From the IMG/VR virus record IMGVR_UViG_3300049217_000071, positions 204,345-268,344 of that record: a stretch of DNA of 64,000 bases; one strand, written 5' to 3'. Of this stretch, positions 27,567-37,800 are shown piece by piece (within the stretch, counting starts at the first letter, position 1; each line of letters starts with the position of its first letter). Made by a program: the position numbers and the translations under genes. The notes under the pieces were generated by a model. That model was not told the origin of the DNA. It saw only the letters and a list, made by a program, of their open reading frames with translations, and made no database searches.

Positions 27567-29480
27567 ATGGGCAGCATTAAAAAATCAGGTTTAGGGAATG
27601 ATCAATCCTTCTCAGCAAGGTTTATTTCCAACAGATCTAATATTCCACACGTTAGTGCGATTATGGCTAACGGTATTTCTGAAGAGAGAAGGGTTATTCT
27701 TTCTGATGAAGTCGATCAAGGTTTCTTTCGAGACGGCTCTGGCCCCAATTACAACAAGCTTTCGATGGAAAATGCAGAAACGACCAATGCCCGTGTAGTG
27801 TCTTCCGCTCATTCTCAGCCATCCATCATTTCCAAATACGCTCAATCTGTCAGCAGTGTAGGTGGTATGTTCCGTGGTATCCACGGAGACTCTGTCAAAC
27901 AGACTCCAGAAGTATATTCTCCTCTTTGGTTGAATTCTAACCTCAATCTTCCACGTGATCGTGCTACTATCAATGCTTGGTGCCGCAGCTTTTTCGCCCT
28001 CAATCCCTTTGTGCATAACGCTATCAGCTTGCATAGCACTTATCCAATCAGTAAATTGAACATCAAGTCTCCCAACAAGGACATCGAAAAGTTCTTCAAT
28101 GACATGATCGAAGAAATCGATTTGATGAACATCTGCGTGCAGATCGCACAAGAGTATTTTTTGCTGGGTGAAGCCTTTGTTTACGCTGAATTAGACGAAG
28201 GTAAGGGAAAATGGAGCCGCCTTCACATCCAAAACCCAGACTTCATGATTGTCAAGCGTACGGTAGTAGCTTCCGAGCCTATCATCATGCTTCGTCCTGA
28301 TGAAAACCTCAAGAAGATCATCTTCTCTAACCGTCCCACCGATATTGAGCAGCGTAAGCAGCTCAACGCTCACATTATTGACTCCGTGAGACGTGGTGAG
28401 AACATTCCGCTCGACAATTTCCACGTTTCTCACTTAGCTCGTAGGATTAGCCCTTATGAAATCAGAGGCACCGGTCTCCCCGTTTGTATTTTCCGTCAGT
28501 TGATGCTCTTTGACAAGCTAAGAGAGTCAAAGTATGCTCAAGCTGACAATATGATCAACCCACTTACCATCGTCAAGATTGGTTCGGCCGATTACAAGCC
28601 AACTTTTGCTGACTTGGAAGCTTGGAGAGGCGTCTTTGAGGGAGCTCAATACGATAAGGACTTCAAGATCTTTACCCACGAAGGTGTAGATGTTACCAGG
28701 GTCGGTTATGGCCAAGGTATCTACGATATCTCTAACGATATCACACAACTCATCAAGGAAATTTACGTAGGTTTACAGGTTCCACCTGTTATGATGGACG
28801 GTGGTGCGGATACTACTTACGCTAATGGTGGTGTAGCTTTAGATGTGTTGCGTCAGAGATACATGCAGTTCCGTAATATGATGTCTCACTGGCTGAAGAC
28901 CAAAATCTTCGCCCCTATCTCTAAGATTCAGGGATTCTACGATTACTCGGGTGGTGATAAGCAACTCATCGTTCCAGAAATCGATTGGAACCACATGAGT
29001 TTGTTTGATGCAGGCGACTACATCAACGGACTCGTGACTTTGACTCAAGGTGGTCCAGATCAGAAGAGAGTTTCTTTGCAAACTCTGTATCGTTCTATGG
29101 GCCTAGAGTTTGAGGACGAAATGCGTAAGATGCGTAAGGAAAATATCCAGCAAGCTATCTCCAAGAAAGAAGTGGCCGCTTTGGAAAAGATGGATCTCAA
29201 TGCTCTACGTGCTTTGGATGATGAGGACGAGATTCCAGAGCCATCTACCAGTGACCAAGCTGTGGAACCAGCCGTTCCGGGTGAAGTGGCGGGCGGACCT
29301 CCAGGAACACCTCCAGATGGTATGCCTGATCTAGGATTACCGGGTGGCGCACCAGGTGGTGGGCCTCCCCCTCCGCCCCCACCAGGTCCTCCACCACCAG
29401 CCGCTCCACCAGGAGGCGGAGCAGGCAGTCCAGGTGGCGGTGGCGCATCCCCAGCCGCTCCGGCAGCTCCTCCAGGCTAA
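27567..29480 (+). CDS. Portal protein
   Basis: Follows terL. Helical core with YFLLGEAFVY, IQNPDFM, HLARRISPYEIRGT, IYVGLQVP; Pro/Gly-rich tail. Confidence 0.85.
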   Translation: MGSIKKSGLGNDQSFSARFISNRSNIPHVSAIMANGISEERRVILSDEVDQGFFRDGSGPNYNKLSMENAETTNARVVSSAHSQPSIISKYAQSVSSVGGMFRGIHGDSVKQTPEVYSPLWLNSNLNLPRDRATINAWCRSFFALNPFVHNAISLHSTYPISKLNIKSPNKDIEKFFNDMIEEIDLMNICVQIAQEYFLLGEAFVYAELDEGKGKWSRLHIQNPDFMIVKRTVVASEPIIMLRPDENLKKIIFSNRPTDIEQRKQLNAHIIDSVRRGENIPLDNFHVSHLARRISPYEIRGTGLPVCIFRQLMLFDKLRESKYAQADNMINPLTIVKIGSADYKPTFADLEAWRGVFEGAQYDKDFKIFTHEGVDVTRVGYGQGIYDISNDITQLIKEIYVGLQVPPVMMDGGADTTYANGGVALDVLRQRYMQFRNMMSHWLKTKIFAPISKIQGFYDYSGGDKQLIVPEIDWNHMSLFDAGDYINGLVTLTQGGPDQKRVSLQTLYRSMGLEFEDEMRKMRKENIQQAISKKEVAALEKMDLNALRALDDEDEIPEPSTSDQAVEPAVPGEVAGGPPGTPPDGMPDLGLPGGAPGGGPPPPPPPGPPPPAAPPGGGAGSPGGGGASPAAPAAPPG

Positions 29481-29555
29481 AGAGCTAAATCCATAGATAA
29501 TCCCTCTACATATTAGAGCATACTTTTAGTAATTGCACAAAGTAAAGGGACTGCT

Positions 29556-30794
29556 ATGCAGAAAACTGCTCAAAAACGAAGTCTTCTCAACCAATTAAGA
29601 GAAAAAGCCAACATTCCTGGCGCCATGATCGAGGGTTTCTTCAAGCCGGAACTCGACAGGATTATGAACGATCTCAGAATGAAGGATGATAACATCCGCA
29701 CCATCCTGACCGGTCAAAAGATTGGTAAGGCTGAGGTGAATTTCACTCCAGGTGCTTCTATCAAAGAATTGGTCAAGTCGGCCCGCAGAAACTTCAACCG
29801 TCGTGAGTACATGGCAGGAGTTGCTGATCTAGGACAGTTTCATAAGAGAATGTTCGAGGTCAAGAAGTATATCAAGGAGCTAGAACTAAGTGTGGCTAGA
29901 ATTCATCATAACTTTTTGTTCCAACACCTGACCCCTAAGCAAAGAGAGCATATTGAAGGTTTAGAAAGCCATATGTCCGCCGTCCCCGAAGCTACTGCCG
30001 ATCTACAAATCGATAACTTTATCAAGCGCGCTGGTTTGGTTGACTTTTTGCACAACATCGTTGATAAGCGTGGTCGTGCCTTAGCTATCTGGGAGAAAAA
30101 GTATCCTAACGTGGCTAAAGATTTGCGTGAAGGTGGCAATCGTCTCATTGATGCAGCCGATTCCATTTTAGCTGACACTCTTTCACTATTGAGAGAGATG
30201 GCTACCTACCGCGCCACTCGTAGTGTCGATAATTACCTAGAGTCTGCCAAGAAAATCGTCAAGTGTTTTGATCGTTTTGATGCAGGCGACAGAGGTTTCC
30301 GTAGCTTCTATGAAAAAACCGTCAAGCCATATCTAATCACTCAGAAGCAAATAGAAAAAGAACAAGGCAGCTCTACTCCTGAACAAGCTCCAGCTCCTAC
30401 CGCTACGGTTCCTGATCCAGGCGCTATGGGCGCCCAACCCGTAGCATCACCTGCGGAAGAGACCCCAGTTACCGAGAGAAGTGGTCCGCCATCTATGCAA
30501 GAAGATCCCGAAGCGTTTCTTGTCAATCAAAAACCAGCTACTCCACCAGCTAATGTGCCAGCTCAACTTGGTCCAACTCCCGACAAGTTGGCCCCAGTTG
30601 CTCCTGCGCCTAATCCACAACTTCCTTTGCCAGGAATTGCTCACAGCAAATTCATGGAATCACTAGAGTCTATGAGTGGGGAAGATCCTCGTATTTTGGC
30701 CAGCTACATTGCTAAGTATGCTAGATCAGTTCAGAGCAGTGATCCAGAAACGGCCCTCAAACTATTTGAAGTAGCAAGAAAAATCAAGGAGTAA
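29556..30794 (+). CDS. Hypothetical protein (probable virion protein)
   Basis: Begins MQKTAQ; IKRAG; Pro-rich linker. Confidence 0.8.
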   Translation: MQKTAQKRSLLNQLREKANIPGAMIEGFFKPELDRIMNDLRMKDDNIRTILTGQKIGKAEVNFTPGASIKELVKSARRNFNRREYMAGVADLGQFHKRMFEVKKYIKELELSVARIHHNFLFQHLTPKQREHIEGLESHMSAVPEATADLQIDNFIKRAGLVDFLHNIVDKRGRALAIWEKKYPNVAKDLREGGNRLIDAADSILADTLSLLREMATYRATRSVDNYLESAKKIVKCFDRFDAGDRGFRSFYEKTVKPYLITQKQIEKEQGSSTPEQAPAPTATVPDPGAMGAQPVASPAEETPVTERSGPPSMQEDPEAFLVNQKPATPPANVPAQLGPTPDKLAPVAPAPNPQLPLPGIAHSKFMESLESMSGEDPRILASYIAKYARSVQSSDPETALKLFEVARKIKE

Positions 30795-30796
30795 GA

Positions 30797-31945
30797 ATGG
30801 CCAATTTAGGATCCAATTTTTATCCTAAACTAGTTCAGATGACCACTGAGCTAGGGATGAAACCAGAAGATCTCATCGCAGTGATGACGTCTGAATCTGG
30901 TATGAATCCGGACGCTCATAATCCTGGTGGTGCTTCTGGCCTGATTCAATTTATGCCTGGCACCCTCAAAGGCTTAGGATTTTCTGGGAGTACTGCCGAG
31001 TTTAGGCAGTTATCTGGAGAAGACCAACTTCCTTGGATAGAGAAGTATATCAAACAACATATGGCCCAACAGGGTGGCAAATCATTTACCTCTGGTGGTC
31101 AATATTACGTAGCTAATCTCTGGCCGGTAGCTTTGCAACTACCAGGCGTACAACGAAGCGATCCTAATACTGTCATTCTAGAAAAGAATCCACAAGGACA
31201 GGGCGGATTTAGCCAAAAATATCTGGCTATCGGCTCTAAAATACCCGTATCAAATGAGGCTGCTGCCTATAAAGAAAACTACCCATTGTTTGACAAGGAA
31301 AAAAAGGGATACATCACATTAGGAGATCTAAATCGTCAGATAGATCAGAATAGGGGCACTCACATTTATCATAATAGCGTTTCCTCTATGCAAAATTCTA
31401 CTGGATATCAGCCAACCAATCATCCAGTATTTCCGCAGCAAAACTTACCGCGTAAAGCGCCGGCTAACACCAATATGTTGGCCGAACTTAGTGGCCCTGG
31501 CGATCTAGACACCATTCTCAACAGATTCATTTCGATGTTTTCCGTAGCTTCCACAAAGATTTCTCTCAAGAGACTCTACAAGGAAGCTCTACCATCTCAC
31601 GATATTCTCATCCAAATCAAAGCTCCTGATTATACGAGCGCTATCGAGTTCTCTCGAATTTTGTGCACAGCATTAGATGAGGAACTGCTCTCTACTTCTT
31701 TCACACACACGGATAGTCGTCAGGTGGAAGTGGAGTGCTCTATCCAAGGTCCCGCCAAGGAATGTTTTGCGGCCGTTCAGCAGTTAGCTCAGGCGGTAGC
31801 CGAAACTTTTCAAGATGCCACCGTTAAAATAGGTGGAATTGCAATTAAGACCAATTGCATTATGAATAAGAAGTCATTCTATCAACCTATTAGTTTGAGA
31901 ACAGCCGACACTAACTATAGAAAATTCATCCTCAAATTTGTCTAA
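30797..31945 (+). CDS. Lysozyme-like/SLT lytic transglycosylase domain fused to an unknown C-terminal domain
   Basis: LIAVMTSESG (catalytic Glu) and GASGLIQFMP. Confidence 0.8.
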   Translation: MANLGSNFYPKLVQMTTELGMKPEDLIAVMTSESGMNPDAHNPGGASGLIQFMPGTLKGLGFSGSTAEFRQLSGEDQLPWIEKYIKQHMAQQGGKSFTSGGQYYVANLWPVALQLPGVQRSDPNTVILEKNPQGQGGFSQKYLAIGSKIPVSNEAAAYKENYPLFDKEKKGYITLGDLNRQIDQNRGTHIYHNSVSSMQNSTGYQPTNHPVFPQQNLPRKAPANTNMLAELSGPGDLDTILNRFISMFSVASTKISLKRLYKEALPSHDILIQIKAPDYTSAIEFSRILCTALDEELLSTSFTHTDSRQVEVECSIQGPAKECFAAVQQLAQAVAETFQDATVKIGGIAIKTNCIMNKKSFYQPISLRTADTNYRKFILKFV

Positions 31946-31951
31946 GGAAAT

Positions 31952-32368
31952 GTGATGCCATCAGAAAAAGAAGTCATAGATGCAATTAAGTTAGTCCAAG
32001 GCTCTGGCAAAACATTCGCTGAGTTCTTGGCCGAATTATTCAAGGACAAAATCATCGAAGTCTATGTAGGTGATGCCTATGAAGACGTCAGCACCGAACA
32101 AATCTCTACTACTTACCCTGCCGTCTTCTGTGGCAAGGTAGTGGCCGCTTACCGTGAATGTCTAGTTCTCAACTGTGCCTTCGTCAATAACAACCGCCAT
32201 TTACAATTAGGTAATTTGATGTTTGTCAATGAGAGAGCCATCCGAGCCCTCAATGAAGTCGATGGTCTCGGCACTCTAGAAGATATGATGCTTCGCAGCA
32301 AAGAAACTTTGGATATCAAGCGATCTTTTCCAAATACTAAACCACATGTCAAACCACCTACCAAATGA
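31952..32368 (+). CDS. Hypothetical protein
   Basis: 138-aa ORF with RBS aagga. Confidence 0.75.
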   Translation: MMPSEKEVIDAIKLVQGSGKTFAEFLAELFKDKIIEVYVGDAYEDVSTEQISTTYPAVFCGKVVAAYRECLVLNCAFVNNNRHLQLGNLMFVNERAIRALNEVDGLGTLEDMMLRSKETLDIKRSFPNTKPHVKPPTK

Positions 32369-33108
32369 ACGATGTCAACACTATCATACAACTGGCCAAC
32401 GCCTATGAAAATGGGTGTTTAGAGAGCCTGGTCAAGCTTGCAAAAATTCGCAAGATGCCAGACGGTAGGTATCGTGTATTGTCTCCAACGGGTAAGAATC
32501 TAGGGACTTATAAATCTCAAGAGGCTGCTAAGAAGCGTCATGAGCGAGAAGAGTTCGTCAAGAAATTTGATCATTCTAACGCAGAAGATGGGGCCAAGAT
32601 CATTGACCTAACTGACATTGATGAATTCAGCTATTCAGCTATTATGCGTAAAGTTCGTGCTAAATGTAGTCCCGAACAGGTTAGGCAGTTTCTTGTTTTA
32701 TACAAGAACCAATTTGATAGAGCTGTCAAGGGCAAGCTACACAGGCCAGAGCGAATAGCTTTACAAACAGCTATGATCAAATTCAATAAGCTGTATAAGG
32801 TCAAGATTGATAAGAAGATGATCAAGAGTGCCGCTATTTCAGAATTGGGCAACTCTGAGCAAGTAGGGCAATATCTATCTGACATTGTCAAATTCGTTCT
32901 CAATAGATTGCCATTAGATAAGCGTCAACACGCCTTAGATAGTCTCAAACAAAAGTTTAGCACCTTGAGCGAACTAGATATTTCCAGCAAAGTGTTGCCA
33001 CAGTCTTCCGCGCTGGGCCAATCTATTACCTTCGTCAAAACCGTCTTGTTCAACCACGATGCCCGCTACGTTCGAGAAGTTCTAAACAGCCTGGTGAAAC
33101 ATCTATGA
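32365..33108 (+). CDS. Hypothetical protein (probable virion protein)
   Basis: Contains RYRVLSPTGKNLGTYKSQEAAKKR, a small module I recognise from other phage proteins. Confidence 0.75.
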   Translation: MNDVNTIIQLANAYENGCLESLVKLAKIRKMPDGRYRVLSPTGKNLGTYKSQEAAKKRHEREEFVKKFDHSNAEDGAKIIDLTDIDEFSYSAIMRKVRAKCSPEQVRQFLVLYKNQFDRAVKGKLHRPERIALQTAMIKFNKLYKVKIDKKMIKSAAISELGNSEQVGQYLSDIVKFVLNRLPLDKRQHALDSLKQKFSTLSELDISSKVLPQSSALGQSITFVKTVLFNHDARYVREVLNSLVKHL

Positions 33109-33872
33109 TTCAACGATTTCGCAAGGTGGCGCCTGGCTTGTATCGTGGTTCCGCACCCGACCCGCAAGATGTTATGAAGCTCAAAGAACAATTGGGCATT
33201 CGCAAAATTGTGAGTCTAGATAAAGAGACTGGCGAAAAGATTGATCGTGCCTGTAAGTTATTGGGTATCAAACACATCAAACTATATTTGGATGGTAGTC
33301 GTAAAACTCTATTGCACTTTCTATCTCAAGATCTAAAAAAGGTTTTTTTAGAAGGTGGCCCCACTTTTATGCATTGCCACGAAGGCAAAGATAGAACTGG
33401 ATTTGTTTCTGCTTTAGTGAAGTGTAAGTATTTAGGAATGGATCCTGAAAAAGCTATTGAAGAGGCTAAATCCTTAGGCTTTGGTATTGGTGTGGATCCC
33501 TCTATTATACATCTCTACGAAAAGATCATTCGCTCTTGTAAAAAGGTCAAAGATACTAATAATGCCGATATAGTGTCTACTGAAAGAGAATACCAAGGAG
33601 ATAATCGTGATGGCTTTTTGGATGAAGTCAATCAAGGCTCCTTCGCCCCATATCTAGATCATACCCGTCAAAACCCAATGGACGCCCTTTATCCTTATAC
33701 GCTAGATCAATCACCTACCCGTGAAAACTATCCAGATACATCATTATTTCAGTATGATCCTAGTAAGGGAGACGCTGTTCCCAATGTTGGAGAGTTTGAC
33801 AACGATGCAGGTCAGCGTGGTTTCGGCCCTTCCGAAAATTACAATGGATTCTTTTCAGATGTAGGTAAATAA
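33105..33872 (+). CDS. Protein tyrosine/dual-specificity phosphatase-family protein
   Basis: LYRGSAP, GIRKIVSLD and the P-loop HCHEGKDRTG (CX5R). Confidence 0.88.
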   Translation: MIQRFRKVAPGLYRGSAPDPQDVMKLKEQLGIRKIVSLDKETGEKIDRACKLLGIKHIKLYLDGSRKTLLHFLSQDLKKVFLEGGPTFMHCHEGKDRTGFVSALVKCKYLGMDPEKAIEEAKSLGFGIGVDPSIIHLYEKIIRSCKKVKDTNNADIVSTEREYQGDNRDGFLDEVNQGSFAPYLDHTRQNPMDALYPYTLDQSPTRENYPDTSLFQYDPSKGDAVPNVGEFDNDAGQRGFGPSENYNGFFSDVGK

Positions 33873-34522
33873 TGATCAAGAAGGCATACAGTATACAAAT
33901 GAGTTATGACGTGTCTGATAGTGAAAAACATCAGGCAGAGAAGGCACTTTTGTATTTCAATGTTACCGAGAAGTTGCTAATGCAAGCCTCGGACTACATG
34001 AATGTGATGAAGACTCCTTTTAAGGATAATCCAGACATGCAGCCAGATGACATTATGAAGGCCCGCGCGGCTATCCGTCGTTTTAGAGATCATTGCATTG
34101 ATGATTTCGATAAGTTCAAGCGTTCTGCTTTTCAGTGCGTCAATGCTATGCAGACTTTTTCCACTGACACCCAAACTCTCAAACTAATGAAGTCTTTCAT
34201 CACCTCTATTGACGAATTAGAGACAAAAGTGAACGCTTTCTCAGATATCTTCAATGACTTGCAATCCAAAGACTTTGCCAAGGACGTGGTAACGCACATC
34301 GAAGACATTCAGAAGCAGTGTGATGATATCGAAGAAATCATTGACGAAAGAGTCAAAAACCATATTCAGACTAATATTCTAGCTACCAGTTGGGTAGATG
34401 CTATTAGCAGCGATTTACAGATGAAGATTGAGCAAAAAACTCCTCTTATATTGGATCTTTACAATAAAAGAGAAGATCAGCTCAACGATGCTATTGAAGA
34501 AAGGGGCACAGTGGGGAACTGA
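33872..34522 (+). CDS. Hypothetical helical protein
   Basis: Begins MIKKAY; 216 aa. Confidence 0.78.
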   Translation: MIKKAYSIQMSYDVSDSEKHQAEKALLYFNVTEKLLMQASDYMNVMKTPFKDNPDMQPDDIMKARAAIRRFRDHCIDDFDKFKRSAFQCVNAMQTFSTDTQTLKLMKSFITSIDELETKVNAFSDIFNDLQSKDFAKDVVTHIEDIQKQCDDIEEIIDERVKNHIQTNILATSWVDAISSDLQMKIEQKTPLILDLYNKREDQLNDAIEERGTVGN

Positions 34523-34543
34523 GGTTTCGGCTTCAAGGATGGT

Positions 34544-34605
34544 AATATCCTTACATAATAAATGAAGTTGAGGCAACGCTGCAAATTGTAGCAATATTGC
34601 CTTAT
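34544..34605 (+). promoter_or_regulatory. Two copies of the AATA-N6-YAT motif upstream of the protease-scaffold unit
   Basis: AATAtccttaCAT at 34544 and AATAttgcctTAT at 34593. Confidence 0.5.
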
Positions 34606-34637
34606 AATTATGTAGAGTCTCCGTTCGGAGAGAATAT

Positions 34638-34799
34638 ATGTCATTTATCAAACACGGTGATGGAAAAATAGTAGATGTTCTCGATGAGACCGATCTGACT
34701 GCTGAGCAAAAACAAGCGGTCAAGAAGATGTCGGAACAACTCGTCAAGCAATCTGACGATGCAACTGATTCTTCTAAAACGAAGAAGTCAGGGAGTTAA
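34638..34799 (+). CDS. Small hypothetical protein (53 aa)
   Basis: ggag RBS; MSFIKHGDGKIVDVLDETDL...KKSGS; below the length cutoff of the ORF track. Confidence 0.65.
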   Translation: MSFIKHGDGKIVDVLDETDLTAEQKQAVKKMSEQLVKQSDDATDSSKTKKSGS

Positions 34800-34804
34800 T
34801 ATAC

Positions 34805-37800
34805 ATGACCATAATCAAACTGGGCGAAGCACACGAAATCAAACTAGAGTCGGCGGAGTCCTGTATTCCAGAAGTGAGCCCCGAGGTTCTAGAGAACTTT
34901 AGGAAGTTTGCTCAAAACCTCAAGAAGATCGCCCCTAAGGCTGAAGACTTCTTGTATTTCTCTGCCGTTATGATGCATGCTGCCGAGGCCTCTTGTCTCA
35001 ATGACGATGGCACTCCTAAACTAAATGTTCGAGGTGAAGCTGTCCAAGTAGGCTGGGATACCAGTAATGGAACTTGGAAATGGACTACCAATGATCCTAG
35101 CATTAAGCCTTATAAGAATTCTAATGGGGATATCTTCCCAGAATTAGAGTTAATCAAAGCTTACAAGAAATGGAAGCACAAGCCCCTCTGCGTGGATCAT
35201 AAATCGAATTCGGTTGATCACGTCAGGGGCTTTATTGTTGATACTCACTACGATCGTAATCTCAAAAGAGTGATCGCATTATGTGCCTTAGATAAGGCTG
35301 GGTTTCCTCAACTAGCTCGTCAAATTTCTACTGGCGTTTCTAACTGCGTATCTATGGGTACGGCAGTGGGTCGTGCCATTTGCTATGATTGTCAAAGAGT
35401 CGCCCGCACGGAAGCCGATTTCTGCACTCATATGAAGAACAAGTCTTGCTACGGTGAAATAAACGTAGACCTCAATCCTATTGAACTTTCGATTGTGGTC
35501 AACGGTGCCGATCCTAGAGCCAGCATCAAGCATATTATCGCCGCAGCAAATACTCTTAATACCTATGTGGAGAATAAACAAAAGGAATTAGCTAAGTTAG
35601 CTGATCTTAACTTCAATGCTTCATTAAGTGTTGATGACCCACAAGGACAAGAAGGTTTGAGCCATACTCAGTTTCAAGTCAATGGCAATAATCTAGAAAA
35701 GTTCAAAGCTGACCTAGATCAAGCCTTTGCTAAACTATCTGAAATAGCCGGTACCGTAAAAAATACTGAAAAAGATACTAATCTTTCTGCATCTAATCAG
35801 TCGTCGGGTTCAATTGCGATGGATGAAGGCGCCCCGACTGATTCTGGATTGGCTCTCCAAACTCCGCAGACTGCAAGGTTTGCATCAGCAAGTGTAGAGG
35901 CGGAATCTCTAGCTGAACTTCACGAAATAACAGCCACTATTGAAGCAAAGCTAAATCAAATGAAGCAGGGCTTAGAAAAACTAGCAGCTACTTCTACAAA
36001 AACACAAGAGGAAAATATGTCTGGATCAGAAAAACTAAAAGCACAAGGTTATTTCCAGGGCGCTGGTGGTGTTAACGAGCCTACTCCAGGCCAAGTTAAG
36101 TACCCTAAGGACCCACTTAATGAGCAACTTCGTGAACACGAAGACAAGCAGATGGTGGGCGAGCCTCCTTTCCCAGAAGTGGGACCAGTGGACGGCATGC
36201 ATCCTTCTCCAAGTTCGGCTGATCCTTCCGACGAGTTAGCTCGTAAGAAGATGTTAGCTCGTGCTGATCTAGAAGAGCGCGCTATGAAGCGTAATGCCAT
36301 CGTTCAGTTGGCAAAAGAAGCTCTAGAGAGCAAGTCTTACTTTCAAGGTGGCGGTGGCGTCAATGAGCCAACCCCAAACAAGCCAAAGTATCCAAAGGAC
36401 AAGCTCAACGAAGAGCTACGTGAATACGAAGACAAGCAAATGGTTGGTCAACCACCATTCCCAGGCGTAGGTCCTGTCGACGGTCTTCACCCATCCCCAT
36501 TCTCCGCAGATCCAAAGGATGAATTGAAGCGTAAGAAAATGCTCGCCAGAGCTTCCTTGAGAGCCAGATTCGTCAAGGCTGCCAATGGTGACGGTACCCA
36601 GAACAAGTCCAAGAGTGCTTGGGAAGTTTTCCTAGGCGACAAGCTCCTATTGACTGCTTCTGTCGATGAACTATCCGGTGGACACACCGACATGTTGTAT
36701 GACAGCATTGCTACCAAGGAATTTGGTGGTAAATTGATCGAAAAGGTCAAGGTCAATGGTGCTCCAGCCGTAGCCCAACTAATCAAGAAGGCTCAGCCTA
36801 TGCCTCCAGCCCCTCCGGGTGGTGATGCAGGTGCCCCTCCAGAAGCTCCAGACCCAGATGCTGGTCCTCCAGTAGAAGATGCTGGTAAGTCTGGTGATCC
36901 AAAGCAACACGCTATGGAATTGGCTAAGACAGTTAGAGACACTGCCTCCGATTTGATGGAAGCTGTTCGCGCCCTTACCGGCGAGAGCGCTGAAATGGGT
37001 GGTGAAGGTTCTAGCGCACCAGAAGGTGGCGTTGGTGGACCAGCAGGTGGACCAGCCGCGATGGCTGATGACTCCTCAGGTTCCGGCTCTGCTACAGGCA
37101 AGACCTCTACCGCTGAAGGTTTTAGTACTGCAACTCTCAATAACTTGAGAAAGGAACTCAACAGTTCTCTAACTCTCGCTATGAAAGAAGCTGTCGCTGA
37201 ACTCAACGATCACGGTCAAGAATTGGACATGATTGTCAGCATGTACGACAAGGGTGCTGTTACCGATCAAAACTCTGACTTCGTCAACAACGTCGTAACC
37301 GACGCCTTGAATGAAGCCAAGACTACCGTGGCTGACGGATTCAAGCTAATGACCGCTTTCGTCAAGTATGCCCGTGGTACTCAAGCTATTGTCAAGCGTG
37401 CTGAGATCGAAACCGAACTTCAAGCACTTGCAACTGAAGGAGATACTATGAGCGATACAAAAGATAGTCACTCCGCAGATGGCGGTGACTTAATGGGACT
37501 AATCAACGACACCAACGCAGATCTAGACGCTGTCAAGATGATGGTTGATGATAATGACCACGAAGGTGGCATGGAAGGACTAGATGACTTAGATGACTTA
37601 GGTGATCTAGGACTCGATGGTCTATCCGAAGGTTTAGTTGATGATAACGCTGGTGTGATGGTTGATACCCCAGCCAAAGCCGCAGAGGTTACCAAAATGA
37701 ATCCAGATGCTAGTGTAAAAGTTGCCTCCTTTGATACCAAAGAGGGCCGCGCAGCTCTAAGAGCCAAGTTGGCCGCTGATGCTACCGGCAAGGAAGAGAA

